A stretch of 64,000 nucleotides of DNA from assembly GCA_016926735.1 (NCBI GenBank), contig JAFGOA010000014.1, positions 28,112-92,111 on the forward strand, in the 5' to 3' direction. The position numbers and the translations under genes were made by a program. This DNA comes from Promethearchaeota archaeon. Lineage in GTDB: Archaea; Asgardarchaeota; Lokiarchaeia; Sigyniarchaeales; SOKP01. Numbering within the stretch: position 1 is the stretch's first letter; every line of letters begins with the position of its first letter. Of this stretch, positions 8,901-23,900 are shown piece by piece. The notes below the pieces were generated by a model. That model had not been told where the DNA came from. It worked only from the letters and a program-made list of their open reading frames with translations, and ran no database searches.

Positions 8901-11900
8901 AATTATGTTGAATCACTTGATTTATTTATCAATTTTTCTGGATCTGTAGAAAAAATAAATCTAAATCCAATATCCTTTGATAAAATTATACAAAATAATT
9001 ATCTAATTAGTTTAAATGATATTTCAGATTGGATTGAACAGATGAGCTTACTTCCTAATGAATATGATGTGTCATTTATCGTTAAAGGGTATTTTGATTT
9101 CAACCAATTTGGAGAATATGAATATACATATAACCTCAGCTCAACGATATTAGATATAAAATCCCCTGTAATATCAATTATAGAGAGTGGGTATAGTCTT
9201 GAGTTTGGAAAGACCTATACTGCTACAGACAATAATCAAATTACATTTGGAATCACATCTCTTGAGGATGATTTTAAAAAAGTAGAAATTTATTATCGTT
9301 ATGATAAAACGTCTCAGCAGGATGAGTGGATATTTTATAAAACAATTATTCCTCAGCAAATCCCTTTTGATATATCCTTTAATATAGCTAATCTCAAGGA
9401 TGATAAAATATATCTACGCTTTAAAATTATCGATAACTTGGGAAATTCAAGAGATCTAATCAATGAAAATAATTGGATAGAGAAAGATCAAAACAACCAT
9501 GATTTTATAGTGAATGGATTAGATGAAAATGCAATATATTCACTTGATTCAGGTAATATGATAGATATTGCTCCAGTAATACATCCCTACGATAATGATA
9601 TAACAAAAGTAATTATTACAACAGAATATGAATCATTTAGCTTAAACAATGTGTATATTGATCATAATAGCATCTATTTTTCAGACATTAATGAAGATAT
9701 TAAACTAAATGCTGTTTTCTATACAATTTTTGGAAATAAAATCACTTCAATTCCAATAAAAGTACAACTTTTCCAAAATAATAATCTTATTTCGTCAAAA
9801 ATATTTTCCATAATCGCTACAGGAATGTATTTTTCAGAAATTATATCGATTTCAGATGTGATTATTAATCCTGAAGTCAATATTCCCAATAATAATATAA
9901 ATATGAGATTTACTACTTCAAAGAAGACATATAATAATTCATATGGAATTCCCTATATTGTAGGTTCTACTTCTCCCAATTTGCAGATATATAATGATAA
10001 TAATGAATTAGTTGATATTATAGATTTAAATCCAAATATTGATGGATATAGAAGTGCTTCCTACTCAAATATTAATATTAGAAATAATTATTTTGAAATT
10101 TCATACCCAACAAATCTATTATATGAAGAGGACATATGTTCAATAGATAAGCTAATTATTGGTGGTATTGAATATGACTTCTCGCAATACTTTAATAATG
10201 AAAATATCATTATAAAATTAGAGTCTCAAACTATATTAGATGGATTTTATGATAATGCTAATCCAATAAAGATTATATATAGTTATGTATCATCTAATAA
10301 ATTGAATCAATATGATGGTAGCTATGATTTTAAGACGATACCACAAGGAAACTACACATTCATTGGAGAGTTTTTAGATTTATCAGGAAAGCGCTCATAT
10401 TATAAAATTGATAATTATAAGATTGATTTCCAAGAACCTCAAATCTATAGACAATTTAGAAACGGAATCTCAATAAATCCAAAATCACATCCAAGTTTAT
10501 CATTTATAATTTTGGATGCCTCAGAGATTATTAATTATTCATTTAACCAATCTCTAGAAGGATATTGGATAAAAGAAGGTAGTCTCTATACTTTTTATAT
10601 AGATGAAAATATAAATCTCCCTGATGGGTATTATAATATTGAACTGAGTTTCGAAGATGCTAATAATTTCCTAAGTTCAATTGTATTTAGCATATTTATC
10701 GATACTCAAGCTCCTAAACCTAAGATTATAAAAAATGATTATGAGTACTTCAAGGGGCTCTATCACGTATATCTTGAGATTGAAGATGATTCTATTTGTG
10801 AGCTTTATTTAGATAAAGTAGTTGATTCTCAAGGAATAATATTTGATAAGATTATACAATCAGTAATAAAGAAAAATGATACTGCTTGGGATTTAGTATT
10901 TGATACTTCACAACTCCCTGATGGCGTTTACAATCTAACATTTATCGTAATTGATCAAGCTGGAAATATGCTGAATTTTAATATAAACGACAGAGTTTTT
11001 GATAACACTTCCCCTCAAGTTGAATCTATCTATAGAGAATGTGAAATCGAAAATCTACTTTATTTCTCAGAAGAATTAAGTGATACTAATTACTTAAGTG
11101 AGCAAGAATATATTTTCATAAAGTCAGTGGATAAAATCTTCGGAAAAACTAATATTGTGGAACTATATTATACGGACCCTCTAGAAGAGCATAATTTAAC
11201 AATAGCGGAAGATCTTAATCTTGAAACATTACTATATAAGGTAATAGGATATTCAAATCCAATTATCTATGATGTAGGAGATATATATAACATCCAGAAA
11301 ATAACGATTGGAGGGATAGAAGTTAATGATTTTTCAATTATACAAAAAGAGGGAGAGCTATTTTTAAAAATAGGAGAAGAATATCGCTACTTATTAACAT
11401 CAAGTAATGCAAATAAAATAACAGCTCAATTATACACTATAAATTCCAATAAATTAGAGCTTGTTTATAATAATTTAGACCAAATTTGGCAATTAAAATC
11501 ACCTAATTCTGATTATTTTAATATATCTTCACATATTTTAATATCAGAAGGACAGACCTTTCTTTTCTGGTTTGAATTACAAGATAATTTAACAAACACT
11601 TTTATCACTAAAAAATATAAAGGTATTTTAGATAATGAATTAGAATTAACAGAAGAAAAGAGCCTTTTTGAATGGAATTTCAGAACTAATCCTGATAATC
11701 AGGGAATAATGATCTTAGGTTCACCAGATCCAATGTATAGTATAATTAATATCAATCACACACTAATAGAACATGATGTATTTAAAGTCTATATCTATGG
11801 ATCTGAAAATAATATAGACTTTTCCTTATTAGGAAGAGCATATTTTAACGGAGATAATATTTGGACTCTTTACTGGGATTATACACATAATTCCATTATC

Positions 11901-14900
11901 CATACATTACCAAAAGATTATTATATTCAAGTAGTTGTACTTGATAGAGCGTATAATTCAATATCTCAAATAGAGTCTATAAAAATCTTAGATTATCAAA
12001 AGCTTGAACTTGTCGCAGAAATGACTTTTGGAGATATTTTAGAGTATAATCCGTCTATTCCACATAGTATTGAAGAATTTTCGACTAAAATAAAGGAATT
12101 TTTTGGAACAGCTGATTTATGGACTATTATATCTGAGTATTATGATACTGAATATGAAGAATGGATACCATTAGCAACAGAGACAACCCAAATTAATATT
12201 CAAGGAGAGTATGCGGATTATTCTATAACATGGGATATCTCTGAGGACATAAAATTCCTTGATTCAATGGGATCACTAAACTATGAGTATCTACCCATGC
12301 AAATAACAGACATCAAAGCAACAGAAATTTGGGGCTCTTGGGGTGTATTTAATTCATTTAACCAATGGCAACCATTATTATTGAAAAATAACAGTGATTA
12401 CTTAGATATCAATATTTATAGTTTTGATAAATCCTTGGGATGGATATTAAATACATCGTTAAGCACAGAGATCCAAATTCCTTATGTTGATAATTCTACA
12501 TTCAAGCTATTTGATATTGATAATGATGGTATTTGGGAAATAATTCGATTTACAAAGACAAGTTTAGATATTATCTACTTAAATAATAGTGTCTGGAATA
12601 TAAAAGAAAATGTCCTAGACAATCAAAATAATGTTTATTTAACATTTGATATAATATATGATAAGATATGTCAAAGCTCTACTCTTTTATTAGTTCAACA
12701 GGAAGGATCTTTCTATACTTTATATAAATATAATCTCAACTCATCTTTCTCAATAATAAGTCAATCAACTACTCAAATAATTGGAAATTTTATCCCAACA
12801 TCCATAAATATTGTTGAAAATTTTGTCTTTACAGACAGAAAAGAAATAATTGTAGGGGGATTTTACTCTCATAATTTCAGTTCAAATCTTTATATTTATA
12901 ACAATGAGAACTTAGAGTTCAAAAACTGTATTTTTGAAAATATCTTAGGAGTAATTGATATCATTGAGTATATGATGATAAATGGAATTCCTACTATAAT
13001 TCTAGGGATTAATCAAATATCAATTGGTAATAAAGATTTAGTAATTTCACTACAATATAATTATCAATTAGATGATTGGATCAAATATGAGCTGTCCGAA
13101 ATTGATGAAATCTCATTTAAAATATTTGATCTAATGTCAATAAATAATAATATTATTATTTCTGCTAATTCAGGAATTTTTAAGGCAAAAATCGAGAATA
13201 ATATTGATAATAAGATTGTTTACAATCCAAGTCTGATAGCTACAGAGACTTTTACTAAAAGTGATCTTGCTCCTGAATTTAATCCAATAATTGAGGTTAA
13301 TCATTCTCCAATATCAGAAATAACAAAAGTATTGTATAAAATAAATGATACATGGAATATCCTTGAAAAAGAAAAATATTATTATTCACCTTTTGAAGTA
13401 AAATTGCTCTTATCTGATATTTGGGAGTTTTTAGGAGAAATAAAGATTATATATAAGTATGATTCAAAATCTGATGAACAAAAGCAAAAGCTTGATACTA
13501 CCTTTGAAATATTACATGGATCTTCCAATAAAGAGCAAATATCTGCGTCAAGCACTTTTATAAATGAGTATCCTCAACCCTTACTCTATTTAAATCCTAC
13601 TACAGATTATAGTTCTGATAATGCTGATTGGATAGAATTAAGACACGAGTGGAATGAAAGGGGAATAAATTATAGATATACCCCTATTCAATCAGAGTAC
13701 AATGTAGCTAATTTTGCTCAGGTATATACCCCATTTTCAAAAAATACAATTCTTAGTATTGATGAGAATTTTCAAATAGATCTTAGTTCAAATGATGATA
13801 TTGGAGAAATTATTGCTGTAAAAGGTATATATTATGGAGGTGAAAATCAAGCATATCACTATCCAATATTTGATTATGAACTCTTAGGTAATGATATATT
13901 ATCACTTAAAAAGTGTAATACACGATCATTATATAAAAAAATATCAATAGACTATATTCCTCAAATAGAGTTAGTACAATTACCTCAATTTAATGAATTT
14001 TGGTTTTTACCAAACACTTCTAGAAGTCTTGAAGAGCCTTACTATGTATGTAATGTTATGGATGATGTAAATGTTTATAAAGACTTTATTCATCAAAAAG
14101 GAGATAATGATTATATAATTGGATATAATGAATATGGAATGTATATTAATTTTACAAATGAGATTAATCCTATAGGAATCCCAAAGGGATCAGTATATTA
14201 TGCAAAAAATAATACTAATTATTCAACAAAAATCTCAATGAAAGATTATGCGATTTATCCATATGAAATTATAGACAAGAAGGATGAGTTAATTGGAGGA
14301 AAATTAATTATAACCCTTAAAGCAGGATTAAATGATATTTTATATGCTGAATTATCCCAGATGATACATGATTCATTTGATATAACAATTAGTCTTTATC
14401 TATTGGACTCTAATAAACAAAGAACCTTTATTCATTCAATTAAAAAGACTTTAGGCTCTAATATTGGATTCTTATTGCGAAATATAGAAATATCTCTCAA
14501 TGAAAATACCCTTTCAAATGGAGAATTAGAGTTATTAAAACAGTCTGTAGCTATTGATTCTGAAAATGATCTATTAGTCTCTTTTGAAACTTCATTGGAT
14601 AATCTAAAGGTTAATGCTGAAATAATCAAAGGTCATTATGCACAGGAAATAATTGATATTTCCTTTGAACCAAAAATACTTAGCTCTGCTCAGATTTATA
14701 ATGGAATACCAATCAATCAAACTTATGTAAACGTACCTCAAGACAATATACAATTAGAATTGATAAATAGATCTCTATACCAATTTAATTCTGAAAGTCT
14801 AAATTATGATTATGAAATTACCATTCAATCATTAAAGGCTGAAAATCTTAAAATTGATGAAAATGATTACGAATTTAATGAAGATGAGAAGACTATAAGA

Positions 14901-17900
14901 CTTCAGAATGAGTGGACGGGATATAGTGGATTAATAACCGCAAATATTACATATAAAGCGTTTAATTGGGATAGAAATAAGATATCAACAGAACCAATTA
15001 TATTTAATTTTAATGGAAATTTCATCAATAAAACTACGCAATTTTTAGAACTTGAGGTATCATTTGATAATAAGGGAGTACCTGGATTTGAATCATATGC
15101 TTTTGATTCAGAAGGTAGATTGTCTTTAAATGCTGAGTCAAAAGATCCAAATCTCATAAAAAGTTATTTTTATAATTTTAGATTGAAAAAGTGGGAGAAA
15201 ACTGAATTTATTGTATATACAAAAATTTCAGGTAAAGAAGGTAATAGCTTACCAATATATTCTTATGTCTTTGATAGGACTGCTATAACATTTGAGGATT
15301 ATTTCAATCAAGTTAATGAAAATAATTTTGAATTACAAGTAATATTTATTGTAGAATGTGAAATAGAAGCGTTCTATCTATCGAGAATTTCATATAATAT
15401 TCAATCTATAAATCCAAAAGTATATTATAGCCCTCCTCAGAATGAAGTAGAAAATACACTTGAAGTTCAATTTGATGTAGATTTAACTAATTATTTTAAT
15501 AATCCAGATATTTATATCAATCAAATAAAGATCACTTTAGATTATTTAGCATCGCTAAATTTGGATAATTCAGAAGACTTTATTCAAAATGCATTAGTTC
15601 AAGAAACACATGGAGTATATGTTCTAAATAAATATCTTGAGTATCAAGAGACTAATCTTGAACAAAATCATCTCTTTCTCTCTAAAGATGATCTAAAAGA
15701 TATAATTATCTATAATTCAGAAGCAAACCTTTATTATCTTAGAATAAAAGTTAGCTATAGTTATTCTCTACTTCTTTATATGAATTTAGGAGATATTTTA
15801 GGAGAAATTAGATCTTCTCTTCAATTATTGAAATATGACTTGTCTCTTTCATTTACTCATTTCAAAATGGAAAGAATCTCAGCATTTAATAATAATATAC
15901 CTTTTGAATTACAAGAAATTATTATTCCAGATTATATCCAATCAGGCAGTCAAATATTCACTCAAAATAATTATCTTAATAATTGTATTGGAATTTTTAA
16001 CGGTTTTCTCAAGAAAAGTAAAACAAAACAACGATTAATGCTTAGACAAAATCTTTATTATAGAGTAAAGGATTTTGGTATCGATCACCAAATACTATTA
16101 GATCAAAGATATAATGATTTTCAATTCCAAATCACAAAACCAGTTGGAGCTTTATTGTCACCCTCAGAGATATATATTTCAAATGAAGAATTATTTAGAG
16201 TAATAACATCCTCAGACATATCAAAAGCAGAATTATATGTTATAAATGATCAAGAACAGGATGAATATATTGGAGAATTGACTCCTTCTGAATCGGAAGA
16301 AAATATCTATGAATATAATTGGCAATCAATACAGCAAGATACTAATTCCCAAACAGGAGATAATATCAAAATAAAGATAATTCTTACAGATCTTTTGCAA
16401 AATACAAATAGCTATGGATATAGTCTTCTTGCAAAATATGAACTTGATAAGCCTGAAATATTAATTTGTAATGGGACTGAGAATTATGAATACACATTAA
16501 CAAATCCATTTACAGAAATTCGATTCAAAAATTCAGAAAATAAGCTTTTAGCTTATTGGAATTTTGAGGAAGGGTGGGGAAATATGGTATATGATGCTCT
16601 TGAAGGCACAGACGGAACTTTAATTAATATGGAAAATGTTAATTGGGCTACAGGTATAATCGGTAATTATAGTTTATATTTTGATGGAATTAATGATTAC
16701 ATTAGAACAAATGTAAATCCAAATATCAATTTTAGAACTAGCGATTTCTCGATTAGTCTATGGGTAAATCCTGAAAACGTTCAATCCTCAACATTATTCT
16801 CGAGTATGGGAGATGTAAATATCTCGCTTCAATTAATAAACAATCAACCTTATTTCGAAATTATAGATAATGATGGAGACTTCCTTTCCAGAAGTATAGA
16901 TATTCAATTAGAAATTAATCAGTGGTATCATCTTATTTTTACTTGGAATGGAGAGGAAATAACAGCATACATAGATAGAGCAATAAATCAAACAGCTCAA
17001 TTAGGAGATGGTAATTTAATAGGCGATCTAAGTACCAATGCTCCTATTTATATTGGAGGTAATGAGAATCCAATAAATCAATATCAAGGACTTATGGATG
17101 AAATAATGCTGTTTGATTTTGAGCTAAATACAGATGAAATTGATTACTTATTTTATAGGAATGAATTTCAGGAGGTTATTTCTGAATCTAAATGGTGGGA
17201 AATAGAAAATGATAATATAGAAGGTGGAGTAATTACAGGAGAGAATTGGCAAGAGGGAAAAGTAGGAGAACAATCATTTCAGTTTAATTCCCATTCAAAT
17301 TCTCCTGAAATCAACGATTTTAATATATTTGATGGACAATCAACTCAAACAGGAAACTTAGAGAGCACTAAAGATAATAAAGGTATAGATTTAACATCTA
17401 CAGAAACATCATTTAATTATGATTTCTCAGATAATAGAAGAATTTGGGAATATGATCAAATACTATGGGATGAGGACTTTACAGTATTTGACTCCTCTTA
17501 TATGAATTATATCTCAAATCCTAATTATGGAAGCTTATTTGAAATAACCAACAACTTAAATATGTTTAATAGATTTCCAACAGCTTCAACTAATATAAAC
17601 TGGAATGATTGGACCGATTTTAACTATAATAATTATTATACAACTTCAAATTGGGATCAAAATGGAGCTTTATCTTCTGAATTAAGACAATTTAATTATG
17701 ATTCAGCACAAGGAAATGATTTAATATTTACTCAGAATAAGGGTATGTGGGATAATCAATGTGGTCTAGAAGATGTTGGAGGAGATAAAGCAACCTTTTC
17801 CTCAACAGACTTAGATTTACAGGATGTAGAACGGTTTTCTCAAGATTTTGAGAATGGGGATTTTACAAATATTTCATATCCAGATTTTTACAATAAAAAT

Positions 17901-20900
17901 TTTGCTTATGATACTAATAGAATTTATTTAGAAAATCAATATCCTGAAATTCATTCTCAAGAGGATTGGATAGATTGGAGTCTAGATAGTAATTCACAAT
18001 TTTCAACTTCCTCATGGAATCCAAGCACCCAAAAATTAAATTCTGATTTAAGATTACGACCAAGTCTAAGTAATCCTATTTATGCATCATCAACTAATAT
18101 CAATAAAGCAACAGATGCATTTGTACATTGGGATTTTGCTCATCAACCTGGTACTGGATGGTGGCAAAATGGATTTCTTTTTTATAATCAAATTGCTAAA
18201 GGACTCCATCCTAAAGCAAATTATGATGCTCTAGCTGTATATCCAGATCAACCGAATTTAGAAGAGCCAAAACATGGTTATACAAGGAAATTTGAGTATA
18301 GTTTAGAATTTGAAGGGGATCTTTATGATGACCATGTAAAAACGGGAATGTCGATAAAGGATTTTGCAATAGGTCCTTTTTCTATATGTTCTTGGGTATA
18401 TTCTAATGTACCTTATAACGATCATCGTTGGAATACTATTATTGGTGAAGATTCTGGAGGAGATTTCAATTTGGCTCAAATAGATCGTGAAGGAGATGGA
18501 ACTTTCCGTGTACATATAGATGGTATTATTGAATCTACTGAGATTCCATGTCCACGACTTCCAGGATGGCATTTGATCAGTTTAGTTTTTGATGGGAATA
18601 ATATAAAACTTTATACAAATAATGTACTTCGAGGAACACTTCCAACCTCATTCTCTCCTGAGAATTTATCAAAAGGGAAAATAAGAATAGGTGGAAGAAG
18701 TGTCTTGGGTGAGAGCTGGGACGGGTATATTGATGAGGTAATGATTTTCAGACACGCTCTTTCTGATTATGATATTAATTGGTTATATACATATCCAACG
18801 TGGGAATCCATCATTTATCAAGATAAATCTAAAATAAATGAAAAAGATGGAATTGGTCTGATCTTAGAAAAGACCTTGGATGTTCAAAAACTTATTCCAA
18901 ATGGATCAAGAGTATTTGAATATCAAGGAGAATCAGGTCATACCTATGATACTCAAGCAGACAATTGGTGGGAAGATGTAGATGCTTTATATAATCAATA
19001 TGGAACATGGGCGGGTTCATCAGGACCTGCAACAGTTTGGACAAATGAATATGTGACTGCTCAAATAGAATCTGGAAATATTAATCAATATTGGGAAAGA
19101 ACAGATATTCTATTAGATATAAGTGCTCTATTAACACCCGCAGATGAAGTGGGCTATTTTGCGATTTATGATTATAGTGATTCAACTTATAAACAGATTT
19201 TTCGAATTACAAGTAATGATGGTTATGATATCTATTGGGACAAGTTTAACAGAATTCAAATAAATTCCCATGATAATTCTGTTATTGATCCAATAAATTC
19301 GAATGGAGATATGGAATTTTATTTCCATAATAAAGCTTGGGATTTTTGGAGTTTAGATTCAACTGTAAGAGTCCTAATGAATCAATTTCTCATTTTTAAC
19401 TATGTTCGACAAATTGAAAGTGAGATTAATTTTAATTTTGGAGATGCTTTAGATGGCGAAAACGATTATTTCTTATCTTTTGCTGGAAAATGTGATGCAG
19501 GAACAGCCTCTTTACAAGTTAATGATAATAATGTACTAAATATAGGTTCTGGGAGTTGGACCGAAGAGACAGATATTTACTTAGAGAATCCAACCTCCAT
19601 ATCTATCAATTTGGATTCATATGAAACAAATAATATAGAAATAGATTACATTTTTCTTAAGAAAGCTGTCCCTACTGATGATTATTTTGCAGAATTAAAA
19701 AAAGAAACTGATTTTAAAGGATTCTTAAATAGATATGATGATTATGATATTTATGATAAAAATTTTGAAATGAATGTTGAATTTGAATATAGATTTAATG
19801 TTAATGATGAATTATGGTCAGAAGCAAGTATAGCCGAATTTTATCTATATGATAATTATTATAATATTTTTATAAATGATAATCAATGGCACACCTTAAA
19901 TGATCATATTATATTTAATTCTGATTCCCAACCATATCTTAACATGACTTTTATTATTGCTAACGGATTGTTAGAACTTAGAAATATGAAATATCATGTA
20001 AGATTTCTATGTAAAGAATCATTTCAAGAAAATTGTATCCTACAACAATCATATATTATATCTGAACAAGTTTCAGACTATTTGCCCCCAGACACTTATG
20101 CAACGTATCGTCAGGATTATGGTTATTTTTTTATAGAAATAGATTATGATTTCAAAACACTCGATGATGGAAATAATTATAGACTCTATAATACATCTAA
20201 TATATACAAGTTTGGAATTGGAATTGATATCCTCAGTGATGGTGTCTGGTTAGATACACAATGGAAGCATCTTAGTAATAACAATTATACAGGAATGCTC
20301 TCCTTTGATGTAAGGTCATTTTTGAATAATAATTCTTATCTTACTTTTGAAGCATTTAATATTACAATTGCTTTAGCAGGTCTGAGTTCTTGCGAGATAA
20401 ACAGAATTTCTCTAATAGAAAGAGCAGATGAAGTGCATCAAAAATCAGAAGTTGATTATTATATGACTCTCTCTCTTTTTGAACATAATTATAATAATAT
20501 ATATGATACTTTAGAGCATTTAAATATTACATTTAATGCATATTCTAATGTAACCTTTTCTGATGGCTATTCAGATGCATTTAAGTTTGACTTATTGGTT
20601 TACAATGTCAGACATTCTCAATGGGAATCAATAGTAGATGTGGTAAAATTACTTCCTAAAGACGGATTCTGGGAAGCAATAGATGCTGAAGAATATATTA
20701 ACTCAACAGGACATATCTCGTTTCAAATAAAAGCTCATATATTATATTATTTTGAATATGAGATTTATTTAGATCAATTCCGTATTGAATGTGAATGGAT
20801 AAGAAATGGAGGGTTCAATTACTCAACTCTTTCATGTGAATTTACGGATACTTTTCTGAATATTTTTGATAATGAAGAAGGATTTGATAAATTATACAAT

Positions 20901-23900
20901 ATTTCAATTAATTTTGATTATAATTTCTCAATTCTTAATACTCAATATGATGCATATGCGAAAGTAATCATAGATGGAAATGAAATAATGTTATCCAGCA
21001 CCGAAGAATTAAATAAACAATTTATGTATTCATTTATATTTGATTCAACAAATCATAATTCTTTTGATATTATATTTAATATCTCAAATGGAAGATTATC
21101 TATACCTCTTCTTACAGATGGTGGTGATTTTAATTTTGACATAAATATGAGATTTGAATGCATTCAAGAGACCTCAGGAAATAGAAAATTACAACAGATC
21201 TTTGATATTTCCCTTCCAGATCAATTAAATAATTTTAAAGAATTTATAAGAGAAAATGGTTACCTCAACGTCTCATTAGATTATGATTTGATTATACTTG
21301 AAGATGGGATTCAATTTTACAATTTATATGGTAGAATAAATAATTTAGAAATTATTTTCTGGGTAAAAGCTGATGGTGTTTGGCATAATGATACTGTAAT
21401 TCAAGCAGACTCTAATATAACAAATGATTTAATAAATTACGATATTAGAGCATTTTTAAATGCGAATAATTTACAGAAATTTGAAGATTTAAATATAACA
21501 ATCGTCTCAAGTGGACAGAATAACCTAACTATTCATGATATAAAATTCTTTGATCATAGACACAGATTACCAGCAAATATAGTGACTACTATAGAATTTC
21601 CAGTAGAATTACTATATGTAGATTATGAATTTGAATTGATCTATGAATATGATATATCAAATGGTTTAGATGGTGTCTTTACAAAAGAAGAAATCTCAAT
21701 ATATAATTTTATAACAACCCAATATGAGATATTGACTTCTACTGATGATTTTACACCTCTTTCCTTTAAATTAGACAATAATTACATTGATCCCATATAT
21801 AATGCTATTAGGATAAATATAAGCTACGAATATTATGGAAATGAGCAAGAACAATTTAATTTAGACTTAGATGTTTTACAAGCAGTTCAATATAATCATA
21901 TCACTTTTGATATTCCTACTGTCTTTGAAAATCCTATGGGAGATGTGTCATTTGCAGGATGGGTAAAATTAGATTCACTTTCTGAATTATCTACTCTCTA
22001 TGGAGAATTCAAAGAAAATGGAGATGTCATGAATTATTTTGGAATTACTGGAAATGGTGAATTATTTTTTGATAAAATAGGGCTTTATGATAATAATAAT
22101 GTTACTAGTGTTCCAAATATTATAAATTTAGGAGAATGGACTCATATTGCTATAATCCAACAGGGAGATTATATCTCTTTCTATAAAAATGGTCTTAAAA
22201 TGGGAGATACACAAATCTATATGAAGACATACTCTAATTTTATTCCTGAGATAATAAGTATAGGATCAGGGTATCAATTGAATTCTTATTTCCATAATAG
22301 ATTTCATGGTTGTATTGATGATATTAGATTATATAATTTTCCACTTACATCTACAGAGATAAACTTCTTATATAATATGGGAAATGGTCAATTTGGATCT
22401 CTTTCAAGGAGGGTTGCACAACCTCGGAATTTTATTCCTTCTGAACAATATAGAATAATAGATCTAAAAACAGGGGACGAATCTGAATGGATTGATTTTC
22501 ATTCTCAATCAATTAGGAATTTGCATGATCTAGGCTCCTTACCAAATGAATTTCAAATCGAGTATATGCTTATAGATTATGCTGGAAATACTGCAATTAC
22601 GGATGTATATAATAGAAATTATAAGACAATACATCATTCAAGAAATTCGTCTATAACTTGGATTGATGAGACTCTTGATCTTAATAGTGGGAATCCAGAT
22701 GAAAGGGAGTTGATATTTGAAGGATCATTTGGAGGAGCTAATTTAGACGTTTTAATTAATGGTTTTAGATATGGAACAGCAAGTTATAATCCTATATTGG
22801 ATCAATATTCAATAACTTTTGGTATAGAAAATGATAAATCTACTTTAGTTGCTTATTCAGATCCGATAATGAGTCCAAGCATCTATTCAAATGTAAATCC
22901 CCTTAATAGAATATCTTGGAATGTTAATAGAGAAGATCTATTTGGAGTAATAAAACATATTTTAGTCGATCAAGATGTTAAGATTACAAATCCCTTAACT
23001 ACTAAGGCTACTCAAAAACTATATTTAGCTCATTTATATGATAGAGGGGTTATCTTAGATGATTATATGAGAATACGGGATGTATATTATATCAATAGTA
23101 CTACGAATGTCTCTGAACATCTCTTATATGGAGAATATCTAATTAATGATCTGGGAGTTGTATCTTTTCCAGAATATTCTAAAGTTTATGATCTTTATAA
23201 TAAAATTGATGAAATTAAAGGAAAAGTACTATATTTTGAATATGATACATCTCAATTTTCCAACATGCTTCATCAAGATAATGCAGATGGTTTTTATATT
23301 GAATTATCTATACCAGATCTTTATTATAGACATACAACAATCGAGCAACTAAATATAAAATTCAATGATGCTTTAGGCAAATGTTTTGCTAAGACTTACT
23401 ATGATCTTGATTTAAGGAAATATTTCATTGGACCAGATAAGGATAACTATGAAGAAGTAATATTTGGATTTGGGAAAATGCGTACAATTCCTCTTTATAT
23501 TGACTTGCAAGAAATCTCATTTTCCAATCCTTATGCTAAATTTGATTTGAGTATGCTTGAATCCATTTCAATAGAAATTATTGATAATAAGCAATTTCCA
23601 AGTTCTTTAATGCAATATGAAGAAGGAATTTCCCTTCTAAATCTTCCATATCAAAAAATTGCCATAAAAACTATTAAGCTTTATAATTCAATTTCAGATG
23701 ACTTAATTGAAGATGATCAAGGATTTATCCACTCACAAATAAGATTACAAGCTCCGAATTATTTCAATGTATTTGTAGATGATGACTTTAAAATTAAACG
23801 AGAAGAGATTAATCTTACAGACATAAGTATTTATGCTAACCAAGAAAAGATTGTAGATTTTGTTGATATCGAATATTCAGATAATATTGAGGTGTATTTA

